This document shows positions 37,916-49,659 of a stretch of 64,000 bases of DNA, in pieces. The stretch is taken from positions 338,520,001 through 338,584,000 of the forward strand of contig OZ024742.1 in the NCBI GenBank assembly GCA_964016885.1. The letters are read 5' to 3'. Numbering within the stretch: position 1 is the first letter of the stretch; every line of letters starts with the position of its first letter. The DNA is from Eledone cirrhosa. Lineage: Eukaryota. Made by a program: the position numbers and the translations under genes. The notes beneath the pieces are model-generated. The model had not been told where the DNA came from. It did not search any database and saw nothing but the letters and a program-made list of their open reading frames with translations.

Positions 37916-38399
37916 TATAAAATAAACCTGTTGTGAACTACGAAACTCAGAATTTGTCGATCTTTTATTCTTGGCTACATCGCTCGCTCGCTCTTCTGTG
38001 AAATGTAATGTAAAAATCCTTTTTTTTTTTTTTTTTCTCGTCTCTCCATGTTCCCGGTCCATTCATCTATCTGTATCATATCGTCCAGAATCCAATCTTT
38101 TCTTTTCAATGCTATTCGATAATTCTGTCTGATTGTTCGAAATAATCTTCTTGTATTTTAAAATCCCATAATTCTGTCAGACCCCCGAAAACGATCTTCT
38201 ACTTGTATTTAAACTCTTAATCTTATTACTGTTATATGCTCGTTTAATTATGGCCGAAATTCCAGGATTTTATTTTAGAAAATAACCTTCTCGCTAGCTA
38301 CACCAGACCCCTCCCTCCCGCTCCCACTCGCCACCATTATTATTTGGACCAAATCATAATTCAGCGGCCTATAATATCACTTCTTAAGTTTAGACTTGG

Positions 38400-41300
38400 T
38401 TGCTTTTCGACATGATTGATGGACTATGGAATTCTGGAGAGTCTGAAAAATTTGGACACTCAATGACAATGCCAAAGATAAAGACAAATTCACCTCATGC
38501 TGCCGGACGAGAATGCAAGGACTCCTCCTCTTTATTTCGGCCGCGGATGGCTAACATAACCCCATCTCCCTCACCTCTTCCTGCGCCCCATCCTTCCCAC
38601 CAAACGCAATCCAAAACTTCAGAGTTGGTACCATGAATGTAGGCACCTTAAAAGGTCGCTCTAACGAGGTTGTAGAGATGCTTGAATGTAAGGAAGTTGA
38701 TGTTTGCTGTATTCAAGAGACCAGGTGGAGGGGTGGGTCTGCTAGATTCATTGTGGGTAAAAAACGATGCTATAAGCTTTTCTGGGTGGGAAATGACAAT
38801 GGGCTGGGTGGAGTAGGAATCATGCTAGCAGAAAAATGGGTAGATAAGATAATAGACGTAAATAGAGTGAACGACAGAATAATTAAAATAAGACTTGTCC
38901 TAAATAGAACTACTGTGACAGTAATATCTGCGTACGCACCCCAATCCGGACTGCCTGGCGTTATAAAAGACAGATTCTATGAGACACTGATGCTCACTAC
39001 CTCCCAAATAACCGACAGTGACTTCATAATTATTGCTGGCGACCTAAATGGTCACGTTGGACAACATTGTGACGGCTATGATGGAGTCCATGGAGGCTAT
39101 GGGTTTGGTACTAGAAATGAGGAAGGCTCCAGAATCCTAGAATTCTGTGACGCAACCTAACTATCTGTAACACAAACTTCAAAAAACGAGACAATTACTT
39201 GATCACATATAGATCAGATAGATTATATCCTTACCAGAAGACGTGACAGAGTGTCTGTTGTAAACACTAAATCCCTCCCCCATGAAGAATGCACCTCCCA
39301 ACATAGCCTCATAGTCAGGACGAGACGTACTCGACAACAGAGGAGGACTACCCTCAGGAGAAAAATATGGAAGTTAAAGGACCCCACAGCCAGTAATAAA
39401 TTTAAAAGCATATTGATACTTTTGACAGTAAGGAAGAGCAATTAGAGTCGTACAATATAGAGGAACAGTGGGAATTCCTGAAAGCTAACCTGCTGAAGGC
39501 GACAGATGAAATCTGTGGCTGGAGCAGACCTATAGGCAGGAGGAGAGTAACTTGGTGGTGGAACAGTAAGGTGGAGGAGTCAAGCAATGCTAAAAAGCAG
39601 GCTTGGAAAGTATGGGGGAAATAGAGAAGACTATCAAGTGGCCAGGAGGGAAGCTAGGAGACAAGTGTACTTCGCAAGAAGGGAAGCAGAGGAAAGAAAG
39701 TTCAAGCATGCTCTACAACGCGAGGACAAAAACGTGAGGTGTTCAGGATTGCTAGGCAATGTGTCAAGGAAAACCGTGATATTGTCGGGGAGAAGTGTGT
39801 CCGTAATGATGATAGTGTACTTGCCATCACTGACGCTGATAAGAAGGTAGCTTGGAAATGTCACTACGAAAGGCTAATAAATGAGGAGAATAAATGGGAG
39901 AAAGACAGTCTGCCTCACATCGATCCAATAGAGGGACCAGCAGTGCAAGTTGAAGGTAGTATAATAAGTAAGGCAATCAAACATATGAAGACAGGCAAGG
40001 CGGCTGGGCCTTCGGAAATAGTTGCTGAAATGCTGAAAGCATCTGGAACGGTGGGACACACTATGGTCACCCGGAAAGTAAACCAAGTCATACAGAATGG
40101 GGGTCATACCAAAGGACTGGCGTAGCAGCATCATCATTAACTGCTACAAGGGTAAAGGAGATGCCCTAGACAGGGGAAACTATAGAGGCATTAAATTAAT
40201 TGACAAGGTCATGAAGGTCACAGAAAAAGTTATAGCGCAACTAATCAGAGAGCGAATTGATCTAGATGAAATGCAGTTCGGGTTTGTATCAGGTAAAAGT
40301 ACCACAGACGCTCTTTTCCTTGTACGACAACTACAGGAGAAGTACCTAGCTAAAAGTAAACCCCTCTACTTAGCTTGCTTTTGTAGACCCGGAGAAAGCT
40401 TTTGACAGAGTCCCCCGCTCCATTATCTAGTGGGCTCTTAGAAAACTAGGTGTAGATGAATGTCTTGTGAGAGCTATATAGGCCATGTATAAAGAAATAG
40501 TCAGCAAGGTTAGAATTAACGAATATAGTGAAGAGTTTAGCGTAAAAGTTGGTGTTCATCAGGGCTCTGTCCTTAGCCCCCTCCTATTTATTAGCCCATG
40601 GGAACTTCTATACGCAGATGATCTAACTTTCATAGCTGAATCAATGGCTGAACTAGAGAAGAAATTCTAAACATGGAAGCACGGCCTAGAATCAAAAGAC
40701 CTTAAAATTAACTTGTCTAAAACTAAAGTTGTAGTATGTAGGAAGGAAAATAGGGCACTGGTCCCCTCTGGGAAATGGCCATGCTCAGTGTGTAGGAAAG
40801 GAGTAGGCAGAAACTCCATTTTATGTCCCAAATGCAAAGTATGGGTACATAAAAGATGTAGTGGGATCACAGGTAAGCTAACTAAGAACATAGATTTTAT
40901 ATGTGGCCGCTGCTCAGGTGCAATAAGTAGTAGCAAGTGCCCACAGGATACTAGCTCCTTCCATTGCCCAGATCGTTCTATAGAAATAGTAGACACCTTC
41001 CGTTACCTGGGTGACAAAATCATCAGTGGTGGAGGGTGCTCTGAAAGTACAGTAGCTAGAGTCAGAACGGGATGGAAAAAGTTCAGAGAGCTTATGCCAC
41101 TCTTGGCCGCTAAAGGTTTCTCTCTAAAAATGAAAGGCAGACTGTATGATGCCTGCATACGAACAGCAATGTTACATGGCAGTGAGACATGGGCATTGTG
41201 TGCAGAGGATCTACGCAGACTGGAGAGGAACGAAGCTTGCATGCTCCGTTGGATGTGTAATAGTAATATACGTGAACGGCAAAGCATAAATGAACTAAGT

Positions 41301-41964
41301 GAGAAATTAGAATAAGAGGGATCAGATGCTGTTTATTCGAGAGAAGACTACGTTGGTACGGTCACGTGATGCGCACGAAATAGGACAGCTGTATAAAAAA
41401 GTGCAGGGCGATCAAAATTAACGGTAGCTACGGAGTAGGCAGACCCAGAAAAACCTGTGACGATTTGATAAATTCCGACCTTACACACTTACACCTCTTC
41501 AAGATAATGTCACTAGACCGAGATCTTTGGTGCTATGCAGTAATACAGAAGACCCGCCTTGCCTAAGTACAAAGCGAAACCTACAGTCAGTAGGCACCTC
41601 TTAACCAAAATACAGCCCCATCCCACTACCACCATCCCCACCTACACCACCCCTTTCATTGTAAAGTTATGTTGGTACCACAACATCCAGTCCTAAATAA
41701 ATGAGGTCATGTAGGTGTCACGGAAAAAAAAACACAGTCCACGCTGTAATGTGCCCATGTAGGTAACACAGTAAAAACCTCCCGGTCCACACTCTAAATG
41801 TGGTTGGAGTTAGGAAGGGCATCCAGCCATAGAAAACCTGCCAGACAGTCCTACACGTGCAAGACAACCAATCTTGCCTCAAGTGGGACAATTCTCGTCT
41901 AAACCCATGCTAGCGTGGAACATAGACGTTAAACGATGATGAGGAGGATGATGATGATGATGAT
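38400..41964 (+). mobile_element. Near-full-length RTE LINE (APE, RT, PHD), pseudogenised
   Basis: APE motifs 'TMNVGTL', 'CCIQETRW', 'VISAYAPQ' and 'GDLNGHVG' (38633-39160). RT pieces run to ~41560 with many stops and frameshifts, then a (GAT)n tail. The 5' boundary is approximate. Confidence 0.95.
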
Positions 41965-42282
41965 CAGGATGTATACATAAACTAAGGTAAAACACATAAC
42001 ATCTTGTTTCACCCGACTTCCTTATCCGTCCATTTGACATTGTCATGGCTTTCAAACTTTGAATTCTATATACCATACACAATGCTTTAAGTAAACTACA
42101 AATTCCTCCTATATATAGATGACGAAGGGCCGTGACAAGTGGAGAGATGCTGTGCTGAATAGGACCCGTTCAACCCTTGCAAGCAGGGAAAAGCGAACGT
42201 AAAATGATGATGATGATGATATTTATACACACACACACACATATATATACATATATATATACATATATATATATATACATAC

Positions 42283-42376
<94 letters not shown>

Positions 42377-42779
42377 AAACCTGCCAAAGATGGTAGCTCC
42401 AGTCCCATCGTGGAGATGCACACATGAATTGCATATACATTATGCAACTTGTGGTGTAGCTTCCGGGAGCCCCAGAAACCTATCAAAGACTTTTATCGAT
42501 TTCTATCGATTCTAATCGACTTGAGATGGTCCAGGTTAGTCTTCAACCTATTTGTATTTCTCATTGTTGTGGTATAAGTATGGCCACTGCTTTTGGTCAC
42601 TTTTCTAGGTGTCAGTCTTTATTACCTTTTGTGTTTACTCTGGACGATAATGTATTAACTTATTGCTCCATTGAGTGCTTTGTGACTGCCTCAAACAATT
42701 TTGATTAGTACCTGCTATATTGCAGCTACAACTTCAATTCATATCCAATATTCAGGGCTCAGTTCTTAGCCTGCTCCTG

Positions 42780-44056
42780 TTTATTATTGTTTTGCAGGCT
42801 ATAACAGAGGAGTTTAAACTGGTTGCCCATGGGAACATCTGTACGCAGATGATATTACACTCATAGCTGAATCTATGGTAGAACTAGAGAAGAAATTCCA
42901 AACATGGAAGCAGGGTCCAGAAAGAAGGGTCACAAAGTCAACCTGACAAAGGCTAAGTAGAAGAGAAAATAAAACCCAGATCCCCTTGGGGAGATGGCTT
43001 TTCTCAGTATGTAGGAAAGGTGTAGGTAGAAACTCCATCCTCTGCTTCATATGCACATTATGGGTACACAAGAGATGTAGTGGGATCTCAGGAAGTTTAG
43101 CTAAGAATGTAGGCTTTACATGTAGCAGATGCATCGGGACAGTAAGCAGCAAACGACTGCAGGGAACAAGCGCTACCAAATTCTGGGAAGGCTCAGTAGA
43201 AACAGAGTAAGAATGGGATGGAAGAAGTTCAGGGAGCTACTATCACTGTTAGCTGTAAAAGGTTTTTTCCTCAGAATGAAAGGCAGACTGTATGATGCGT
43301 GTATATGAACAGCAATGTTGCATGGTAGTGAGATCTGGGCGCTGTGTGCAGAAGACTTGCGTAGGTTGGAAAGAAATGAAGCTTGCATGCTCTGATGGAT
43401 GTGTAATAATAATATACAAGAACAGTGAAGTATAAACAAACTGAAAGAGAAACTAGGCATAAGAGGAATAAATGCTGTGTGCAGGAGAGGAGATTATGTT
43501 GGTATGGGCATGTGATGCCTATGAAGGATGACAGCTGCATAAAAAGGTGCAGAGCACTCAAAGTCAATGGAAGTCTTGGAGAGGGGAGACCCAGGAAGAT
43601 TTGGAATGAGGTGATAAAAGCCGACGTTGCTCAATTGCACCTCTCAAAGGCGATGATACAGGACCGAGATCTCTGGTGTCACACAGTAATACAGAAGACC
43701 CGACTTCCCATGGGCACAAGCTGAAGTATGTATAGAGTATGACCCAACCCACCCTCCCATACACCCCCATGAGGACAGGCCGAAGTAAATGCATCCAGTG
43801 AAGCCCCCAGCCCACACTGTGAAGTGGTCATGATGGTGATATGGCAAAAAGTGCCCAGCCCACACTGTTAAGTGGTTGTGTAGGCGTCACGACAAAAGGC
43901 ACCCAGTAGGAAGGGCATTCAACTATAGAAATCAAGCCAGAATCAGTTCTGTATGAGCAAGACATGTTCACCTGACCTACCATTGCCCACAACAGGACAA
44001 CTTGTCTAACCCATGCTAGCGTGGAAAAACAGATGTAAAACGGTGGTGATGATGAT
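42780..44056 (+). mobile_element. RTE LINE second subfamily, 3' fragment
   Basis: Reads 'QAITEEFK.GCPWE.LYADD', the PHD 'VCRKGVGRNSILCFICTLWVHKRCSG' and 'RLCWYGHVM'. The tail resembles the 22609 copy. Confidence 0.9.
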
Positions 44057-44482
44057 ATATGTATATACACACAAATATATAATTATATATATATATATAT
44101 CATCATCATTATAATGATATATGTATATAATAATAGTAATGAAATTATTGTGTACAGTGCTCAGGTGCACCACAACTCCTCAAAGATGCATGTATAGTAC
44201 ATAGAATAATGTACACATGTCAGGAAAGTGAATAGTGTATGAGTCATGATATACATGTGTGCGTGTGTATGGAGGGGGGGGGGGGGGGGCACACCAGGTG
44301 TAGTGTTGACGAATTTCAGGAAGCATGGAGGTTAAACAAAATATCACAGAAACAGTCCTATATGAGCGAGACATGGTCACCCAAACCAACTTGCCACAAA
44401 TGGGACAAACCCGTCTAACCCATGCTAGCGTGGAAGATAGACGTTAAACGATGATGATATACATTTTATAAAGACTAAACAC

Positions 44483-44540
44483 TGAGTTTTGTCTGATGAC
44501 CCTGTGATAAACAGGTGAAACTCCAGAGTAACAAGACTCA
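44483..44540 (+). ncRNA. Type I hammerhead ribozyme (family C)
   Basis: Stem I tgagttttgt/acaagactca, CTGATGA (44493-44499), stem II cctg/cagg, GAAAC, stem III ctc/gag, GUA triplet. Confidence 0.8.
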
Positions 44541-44622
44541 ATATTTAGCCTTAATAAAATGAATATTAAAACTCTACTTTGGTATTGAGTACTCCTATCT
44601 CTTAGCTGTCAGCCACATATAG

Positions 44623-44669
<47 letters not shown>

Positions 44670-44813
44670 TTTATATGTGAGTGAGTGTGTGTATGTGTTT
44701 GTATCTCTGTGCTCATATTTACTGTTTGTTGCTTCATGGCCTCAGCAGACAATAGATATGGAGAAAAGTATAGGTAGGAATTTTGTATGATGCACCCAAA
44801 TTAAACTGTGCAC

Positions 44814-45065
44814 TGTGGTTAGAAAAATCTATCTCACTTACCGCTTTTCATAGGCGCCGCTAAATTCCACTGCTGGTATCTCCTCTTCCACGTGCGTCCA
44901 GCTGCTTAACACCGGGAGCTGCCAAAACTCGCGTCCACACCGTTGCTGGTCACCACTAGAGAGGCCCATCTGCTGGCCCTTCCGGTCGAGCATCCTTCCG
45001 GCCAAGCACCCTTCCGGTCGAGCACTCCCCCGCTTCCGACCACCGCACGCCACACCATACCCCCC
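44814..45065 (-). repeat. 3' LTR
   Basis: Direct repeat of 48745-48996; its first three bases merge into the PPT C-run. Confidence 0.92.
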
Positions 45066-45074
45066 CCCCTGATC

Positions 45075-46088
45075 TCAAGGATCAATTTCCCCCTCGTCCT
45101 TCTGCATATGAAAGTCTGCTGTCCAGGTTGGTGGTTTACGACTTCTTTGAGATCTCCGCAGCGTTGGGGCAGCACTTTGGGTTTCCTCTTCCTCGGAGTC
45201 CGTTGACACAGTGATTCTACGGACATCCAGGACATGACGTGGTACTCCGTCCACGGACACATTGTTCTGGGAATTTAAGGCCGTCACCGTTCCCCTTCCC
45301 CATTGAGATGTGCAACGTGCATCTGGGGGCTTAACCCAGACTTCTTCGCCCACCTGCACGAATGCACTCTCTCTCCCCACTGGCCGTTGTGGTGGCGTGC
45401 ACGGGTGCCGCCACTCATATCTGAATACTGCTCTGTGTGGCACCGATTCCTCGACCTGTCCCACCCGAGGGGACATGTTGTACCAGAACACTGCCCCCAT
45501 TGGTGAGATATGGCCCCGCTCCGCTATTGCCTTGATCGTCCGGTGGTGTCGCTCCACAATTCCATTCCCGCTCGGCCTGTGCGCTGCTATGAAGAAACGG
45601 TCCACCTTCCATCCATCGAGCATCTCCCTCAGCGCCTCCGAGCGGAATGCTGCGCTGTTGTCCATCAGCAGTTCGTCCACAGGGCCCCGCTCCAAGAACA
45701 CCTCTCTCAACGTCCGCATGATTTCCTCGGCCGTTCCAGTCTTCATCTCCCTCCATATCACCATCCGTCCTGGTCCACAGTCGACCATCGAGAGGTACGT
45801 TCCCTGTCGGTAGTGCGTTACATCCACCGCCAATCGCTTCCAGTCGCGATCCACCGGGAGGCTTCCCGTTTCGTGTACACTCGGGGCGGGATCAATGGAC
45901 TGACATCGGACGCAGCCTCTAACCACCCTTTGAACACTGTGTCTGTTAACGTCCGAGTCGACTCTCCTGGCTAGGAACAGGCTCCTATCCACTCCCATGT
46001 GGTGCATGTCATGCAACCCTTTCAGATCCGACTCGGTCAGCCGACACACGGCAGCTATCTCATCTTCTACCTCCTCCGGCGCTTCCAT
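45075..46088 (-). CDS. Integrase (HHCC + DDE)
   Basis: 'HDMHHMG...CVRC', 'LAVDVTH', 'LLMDNSAAF' and 'SGNGIVERHHRTIK'. Confidence 0.9.
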   Translation of the reverse strand: MEAPEEVEDEIAAVCRLTESDLKGLHDMHHMGVDRSLFLARRVDSDVNRHSVQRVVRGCVRCQSIDPAPSVHETGSLPVDRDWKRLAVDVTHYRQGTYLSMVDCGPGRMVIWREMKTGTAEEIMRTLREVFLERGPVDELLMDNSAAFRSEALREMLDGWKVDRFFIAAHRPSGNGIVERHHRTIKAIAERGHISPMGAVFWYNMSPRVGQVEESVPHRAVFRYEWRHPCTPPQRPVGRESAFVQVGEEVWVKPPDARCTSQWGRGTVTALNSQNNVSVDGVPRHVLDVRRITVSTDSEEEETQSAAPTLRRSQRSRKPPTWTADFHMQKDEGEIDP

Positions 46089-46678
46089 CAGGCTTTCTTC
46101 ACCCTAGTTAAGATGTCCGCCCTATTTTTCTCTGAGGGCACGAAAACTACGCTCAGCCTCAGGTCGAACTTGGTGGCCAGCTCTCCTAAAGTTCCCAGGC
46201 GGCGCTTTATCAGCATCTCCGCCGCCCCTCTCGTTCGCACTCTCTTCTCACTGGTGAGCACTGATCTCACCCATCCGAGTACAGTAGCCGAGTCGGTGCG
46301 TATCTCGATGGTGCGCAGTCCCCACCTCAGGGCGAGGTTCACCCCTCTCAACACTGCGTCCAACTCAGCCACATTTATGTGGTTGCAGTCGTCCTTCTTC
46401 CTAAGCCAGGCTGCATCCTCGACCTCAACACCTCCTATCTCCAACGTGACACCCAGCGCTATGCTGCTGGCATCGCGCCATACGGTCCCGCTCAGTGATT
46501 TGGGAACATACCAGCGTCCCCGCACTGGGTCGTCGGCCTTCACCCTCCCCACGATCTCCTGCATCAGGGCCACCGTCCTCTCTCCCACTCTGTCACTCCT
46601 CCCGCTCGTCTCTTGACATAGCTGCATGCCGTCCGGAGCCACCCAGCAATCGGGTAGTGACTCACCAACTTTCCACAC
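46088..46678 (-). CDS. RNase H of the LTR element
   Basis: 'WRDASSIALG', 'HINVAELDAV', 'RTDSATV' and 'NRADILTR'. Confidence 0.85.
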   Translation of the reverse strand: MWKVGESLPDCWVAPDGMQLCQETSGRSDRVGERTVALMQEIVGRVKADDPVRGRWYVPKSLSGTVWRDASSIALGVTLEIGGVEVEDAAWLRKKDDCNHINVAELDAVLRGVNLALRWGLRTIEIRTDSATVLGWVRSVLTSEKRVRTRGAAEMLIKRRLGTLGELATKFDLRLSVVFVPSEKNRADILTRVKKA

Positions 46679-47565
46679 ACCGAGAAAAGCTCCCGCCTAC
46701 TCATACTTGGGCCCAGTTCTGGAACTTCATTTCCCCTCTGGAATACCAAGACGCCCGTCCTGTCTCGCCGTAGCCTAAGTCCCAGCGCGGCTCCTCCCTC
46801 CAACGCTTCTGACGGCTTCGCAGCCAGTCCATACCCCTGTAAATGGCTCGTGACCTCCGCCGCCGACACCACAGACTCGTCCACTAGGATGTCGTCAATA
46901 TAGGAGTTAGTGGCCCTCTTCATCTTGTCGGCCTTTCCCAGAGCGGTCTTGAGGACCGCCGCCATGATCTTCGGTGCGGAGCTCAGCCCGAAACCGAGCC
47001 TGGTCAGGCAATATGTCCGGCCCTTATACCTGACCAGCTGATACTGCCAGAGCTTCTCATCTATATGCAATTGCAAGTATGCCGACTTTAGATCTACGAT
47101 TGCTGAACCCCCCGTCATGCGTCTCCACTCACGCAGGGTTTCCCCACAGACATCCGCGACCTCGCCACCCGTGTGGAATGACACGCGCTCGTTCAGCTCC
47201 CGAAAGTCCAGCACCGGCCTCACCTTGTTCTTCGTGGGTTGCGCCACCGCCATTAACGGCAATACTCCGCACTTCACCTCCTCTTTCCAGGGAAGCAGTA
47301 TGCCCTCTTCAATCCATCTCTCTACCTCTCGTCCGAACTCGCTCCTAATGTTTCCCTTCAATGTGTGTTGATAGCAGCCCACTTTCGTCTTCAGTGTTGG
47401 TGGTTGTCCCTTCCAGTACCACTCAACAACCCATCGCTGCCCATCGAACACGGCCTTGAAGTCTTTGTCCTGTACAGTGTAAGTGGGGTATTTCTCCTCG
47501 TGGGCCTTCTGGTTCTCCTGTCGCGCACTCACAGCGCATACCGATGCAGCGGCGCCAAACGACAC
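46564..47565 (-). CDS. Reverse transcriptase of the LTR element
   Basis: 'KVRPVLDFRELN', 'VDLKSAYLQL', 'RLGFGLSSAP' and 'YIDDILV'. Confidence 0.9.
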   Translation of the reverse strand: MSFGAAASVCAVSARQENQKAHEEKYPTYTVQDKDFKAVFDGQRWVVEWYWKGQPPTLKTKVGCYQHTLKGNIRSEFGREVERWIEEGILLPWKEEVKCGVLPLMAVAQPTKNKVRPVLDFRELNERVSFHTGGEVADVCGETLREWRRMTGGSAIVDLKSAYLQLHIDEKLWQYQLVRYKGRTYCLTRLGFGLSSAPKIMAAVLKTALGKADKMKRATNSYIDDILVDESVVSAAEVTSHLQGYGLAAKPSEALEGGAALGLRLRRDRTGVLVFQRGNEVPELGPSMSRRELFSVCGKLVSHYPIAGWLRTACSYVKRRAGGVTEWERGRWP

Positions 47566-47881
47566 ACCCGACGTTGTTCACTGTGACGCCTCCTAGACGG
47601 CCAATTGCGTCCATGCCCAAAACCACGCCCATCCCATCCACCACGCTGTCTACTACGATGGCAGAAAGCCTTATTTTCCTTCCCCGTACCGCTATTTCCA
47701 TCTCGCTGCGACCTTGGCATTCAATTTTCCTGCCGTCGACTGCCCTTACGCTGCTCTTCCCTCTCCACCTCTGCGCCACCCCCGCGGTCACCAGTGTCGT
47801 CGTACAGCCCGTGTCCACGAGGGCTCGCTGTGGCTTTCCCCTCACGAAGACTTCCACCACGGGCAGCGCCTTTACTCGCAA
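47423..47881 (-). CDS. Aspartic protease of the LTR element
   Basis: 'ALVDTGCTTTLV' and 'VVLGMDAI'. Confidence 0.85.
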   Translation of the reverse strand: MRVKALPVVEVFVRGKPQRALVDTGCTTTLVTAGVAQRWRGKSSVRAVDGRKIECQGRSEMEIAVRGRKIRLSAIVVDSVVDGMGVVLGMDAIGRLGGVTVNNVGCVVWRRCIGMRCECATGEPEGPRGEIPHLHCTGQRLQGRVRWAAMGC

Positions 47882-48634
47882 GGGGCAACTACCGGTGCAG
47901 TAGTTTCCCCTGGATCGTTTCCCTGGTCGCAGTTAGTAGCGATGTGGCCTGGTCGCTTACACCGGTAGCATATTATTTCCGGCCTTGACTCTCTGCAGTC
48001 TCTAGCCATCTGCGGGCCCTGGCACCGAAAACAGCGACCTCTAAACGTTCGCGGGCGACCGGGTGCCGTGGTTGCCTCCCTTTCACCATTTTGCTGCCAG
48101 CTGTCTTGAGCCTCTGTAGTTGCTATCGCCGCAACACTCTTTTTGGCATCTTCTGCTATGATCCGGGCTTGTTCCACCATTGAACGCATTTCCATTTCTT
48201 TGTAACCCGGGACTTGCTGCAGTTTCACCGCTATGTCGTCTGGAAATCCATTTATGAACGCCAACCGCACCGTGCGTTCGCATTCCACCTGATATCCAGC
48301 CAACATAGCCAATCACCGTATTTCCGCTGCGAAAATGTCGACGCGCTCACCGTTCCATCTAATTCTTGCCAACTTAGCGAAAGCGGCTAACGGTCCCTCT
48401 GCGAATGCTTCTATCATACGCCTCTCAATCTTTTGGCGCATCTCTTTGGCTGTGTTCGTCCAACTCAAGGAAGAGTACCAACGTGTCCCCCTCGAGGTAC
48501 AGTGCCATGAGGCCAGCCACATCTTCTATCTACTGCAAGCTTGCGACCAGCCGGACTTTTCGCAGCCAAGCGACAACATTACCTTCCCCGGTAAATGCCC
48601 TGATAGCTTCGTTTGTTCGTAGTCTTGTCGCCAT
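47872..48634 (-). pseudogene. gag of the LTR element (disrupted)
   Basis: Starts MATRLRTNEAIRAFTGEG at 48634. Zinc knuckles 'CFRCQGPQMARDC' and 'CYRCKRPGHIATNC'. Contains internal stops and frameshifts. Confidence 0.8.
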
Positions 48635-48744
48635 CTTCTAATTTCTCTTGCGGTACGTGATAAAAAAAACAACAGACTCCTCTCTGTTTTTCCAGTAGCT
48701 TTTTTTTTTCCCCAATCAGATCTGTTTCCAGTGCTGAAATAGCT

Positions 48745-48996
48745 TGTGGTTAGAAAAAGCTATCTCACTTACCGCTTTTCATAGGCGCCGCTAAATTCCA
48801 CTGCTGGTATCTCCTCTTCCACGTGCGTCCAGCTGCTTAACACCGGGAGCTGCCAAAACTCGCGTCCACACCGTTGCTGGTCACCACTAGAGAGGCCCAT
48901 CTGCTGGCCCTTCCGGTCGAGCATCCTTCCGGCCAAGCACCCTTCCGGTCGAGCACTCCCCCGCTTCCGGCCACCGCACGCCACACCATACCCACA
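48745..48996 (-). repeat. 5' LTR
   Basis: TGTGGG...AACCACA in element orientation, containing four CCGGAAG motifs. Confidence 0.92.
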
Positions 48997-49659
48997 TGCA
49001 CTATGGGTGAACAAGCAGTGGGATGACAAGCAGATAGGGAGAGAAGGGTGTTGCATGTAATAGATACACAAGAGTGATTAGAAGTAAGAGCCCCACTGAA
49101 ATATATGCAAGGTATTACTGCTGGTACACATTTTCACTTGAGTGGACAGCAACAATGGGAAAGGAAGAGCATTGCTCAAGAACACAATGAGCCATCTGGT
49201 CTGGGAACTGAATCTAACACCTTACAATTGTTTGTATTGGTGCTCCTACTTAGCGATATACATAAATGTACATATTATATATTGAATAATATATGGGATG
49301 TTGATGAAAACCATTTGAAGACCTTTTGCTATAAATTTTTAAGGTTGTGACCATCATCACACACTTAGCCTCAGCAAAATCAGGGGGAAGCAGCCAATGC
49401 GTTTCTCACTTATTAGTGTTTATTGAGACCACATATCTCCCTGTCCTTGTTGAGGCTAATGTGAGCTAGAATCTTATAGATTTCAGCCTATGTTTATGAG
49501 CTGATGAATCTCATTTGCATATGGAGCAGTGTAATTCCAACCCCCTAACCACTAGGTCACATACTTAATGGTTTTGCTTGAAAGGAAGAGAAAAGAAGTT
49601 ATCTTCAGACCCCCCCCCCATAGCATCACTGCTATCAGCAACACACACATATATAAAAT

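Larger units (their letters stand above)
44814..48996 (-). mobile_element. Full-length LTR retrotransposon (gag-PR-RT-RH-IN order), 252-bp LTRs, TSD tgcac
   Basis: LTRs at 44814-45065 and 48745-48996, TG...CA in element orientation, about two internal mismatches. TSD tgcac at 44809-44813 and 48997-49001. Poly-G PPT at ~45061-45070. Confidence 0.95.

Noticed and set aside
46086-46092. TGATG stop-start overlap between RNase H and integrase as translational coupling
   Set aside because: More simply a 1-bp loss from TGG ATG (…KKAW MEA…) in an element with several other indels.
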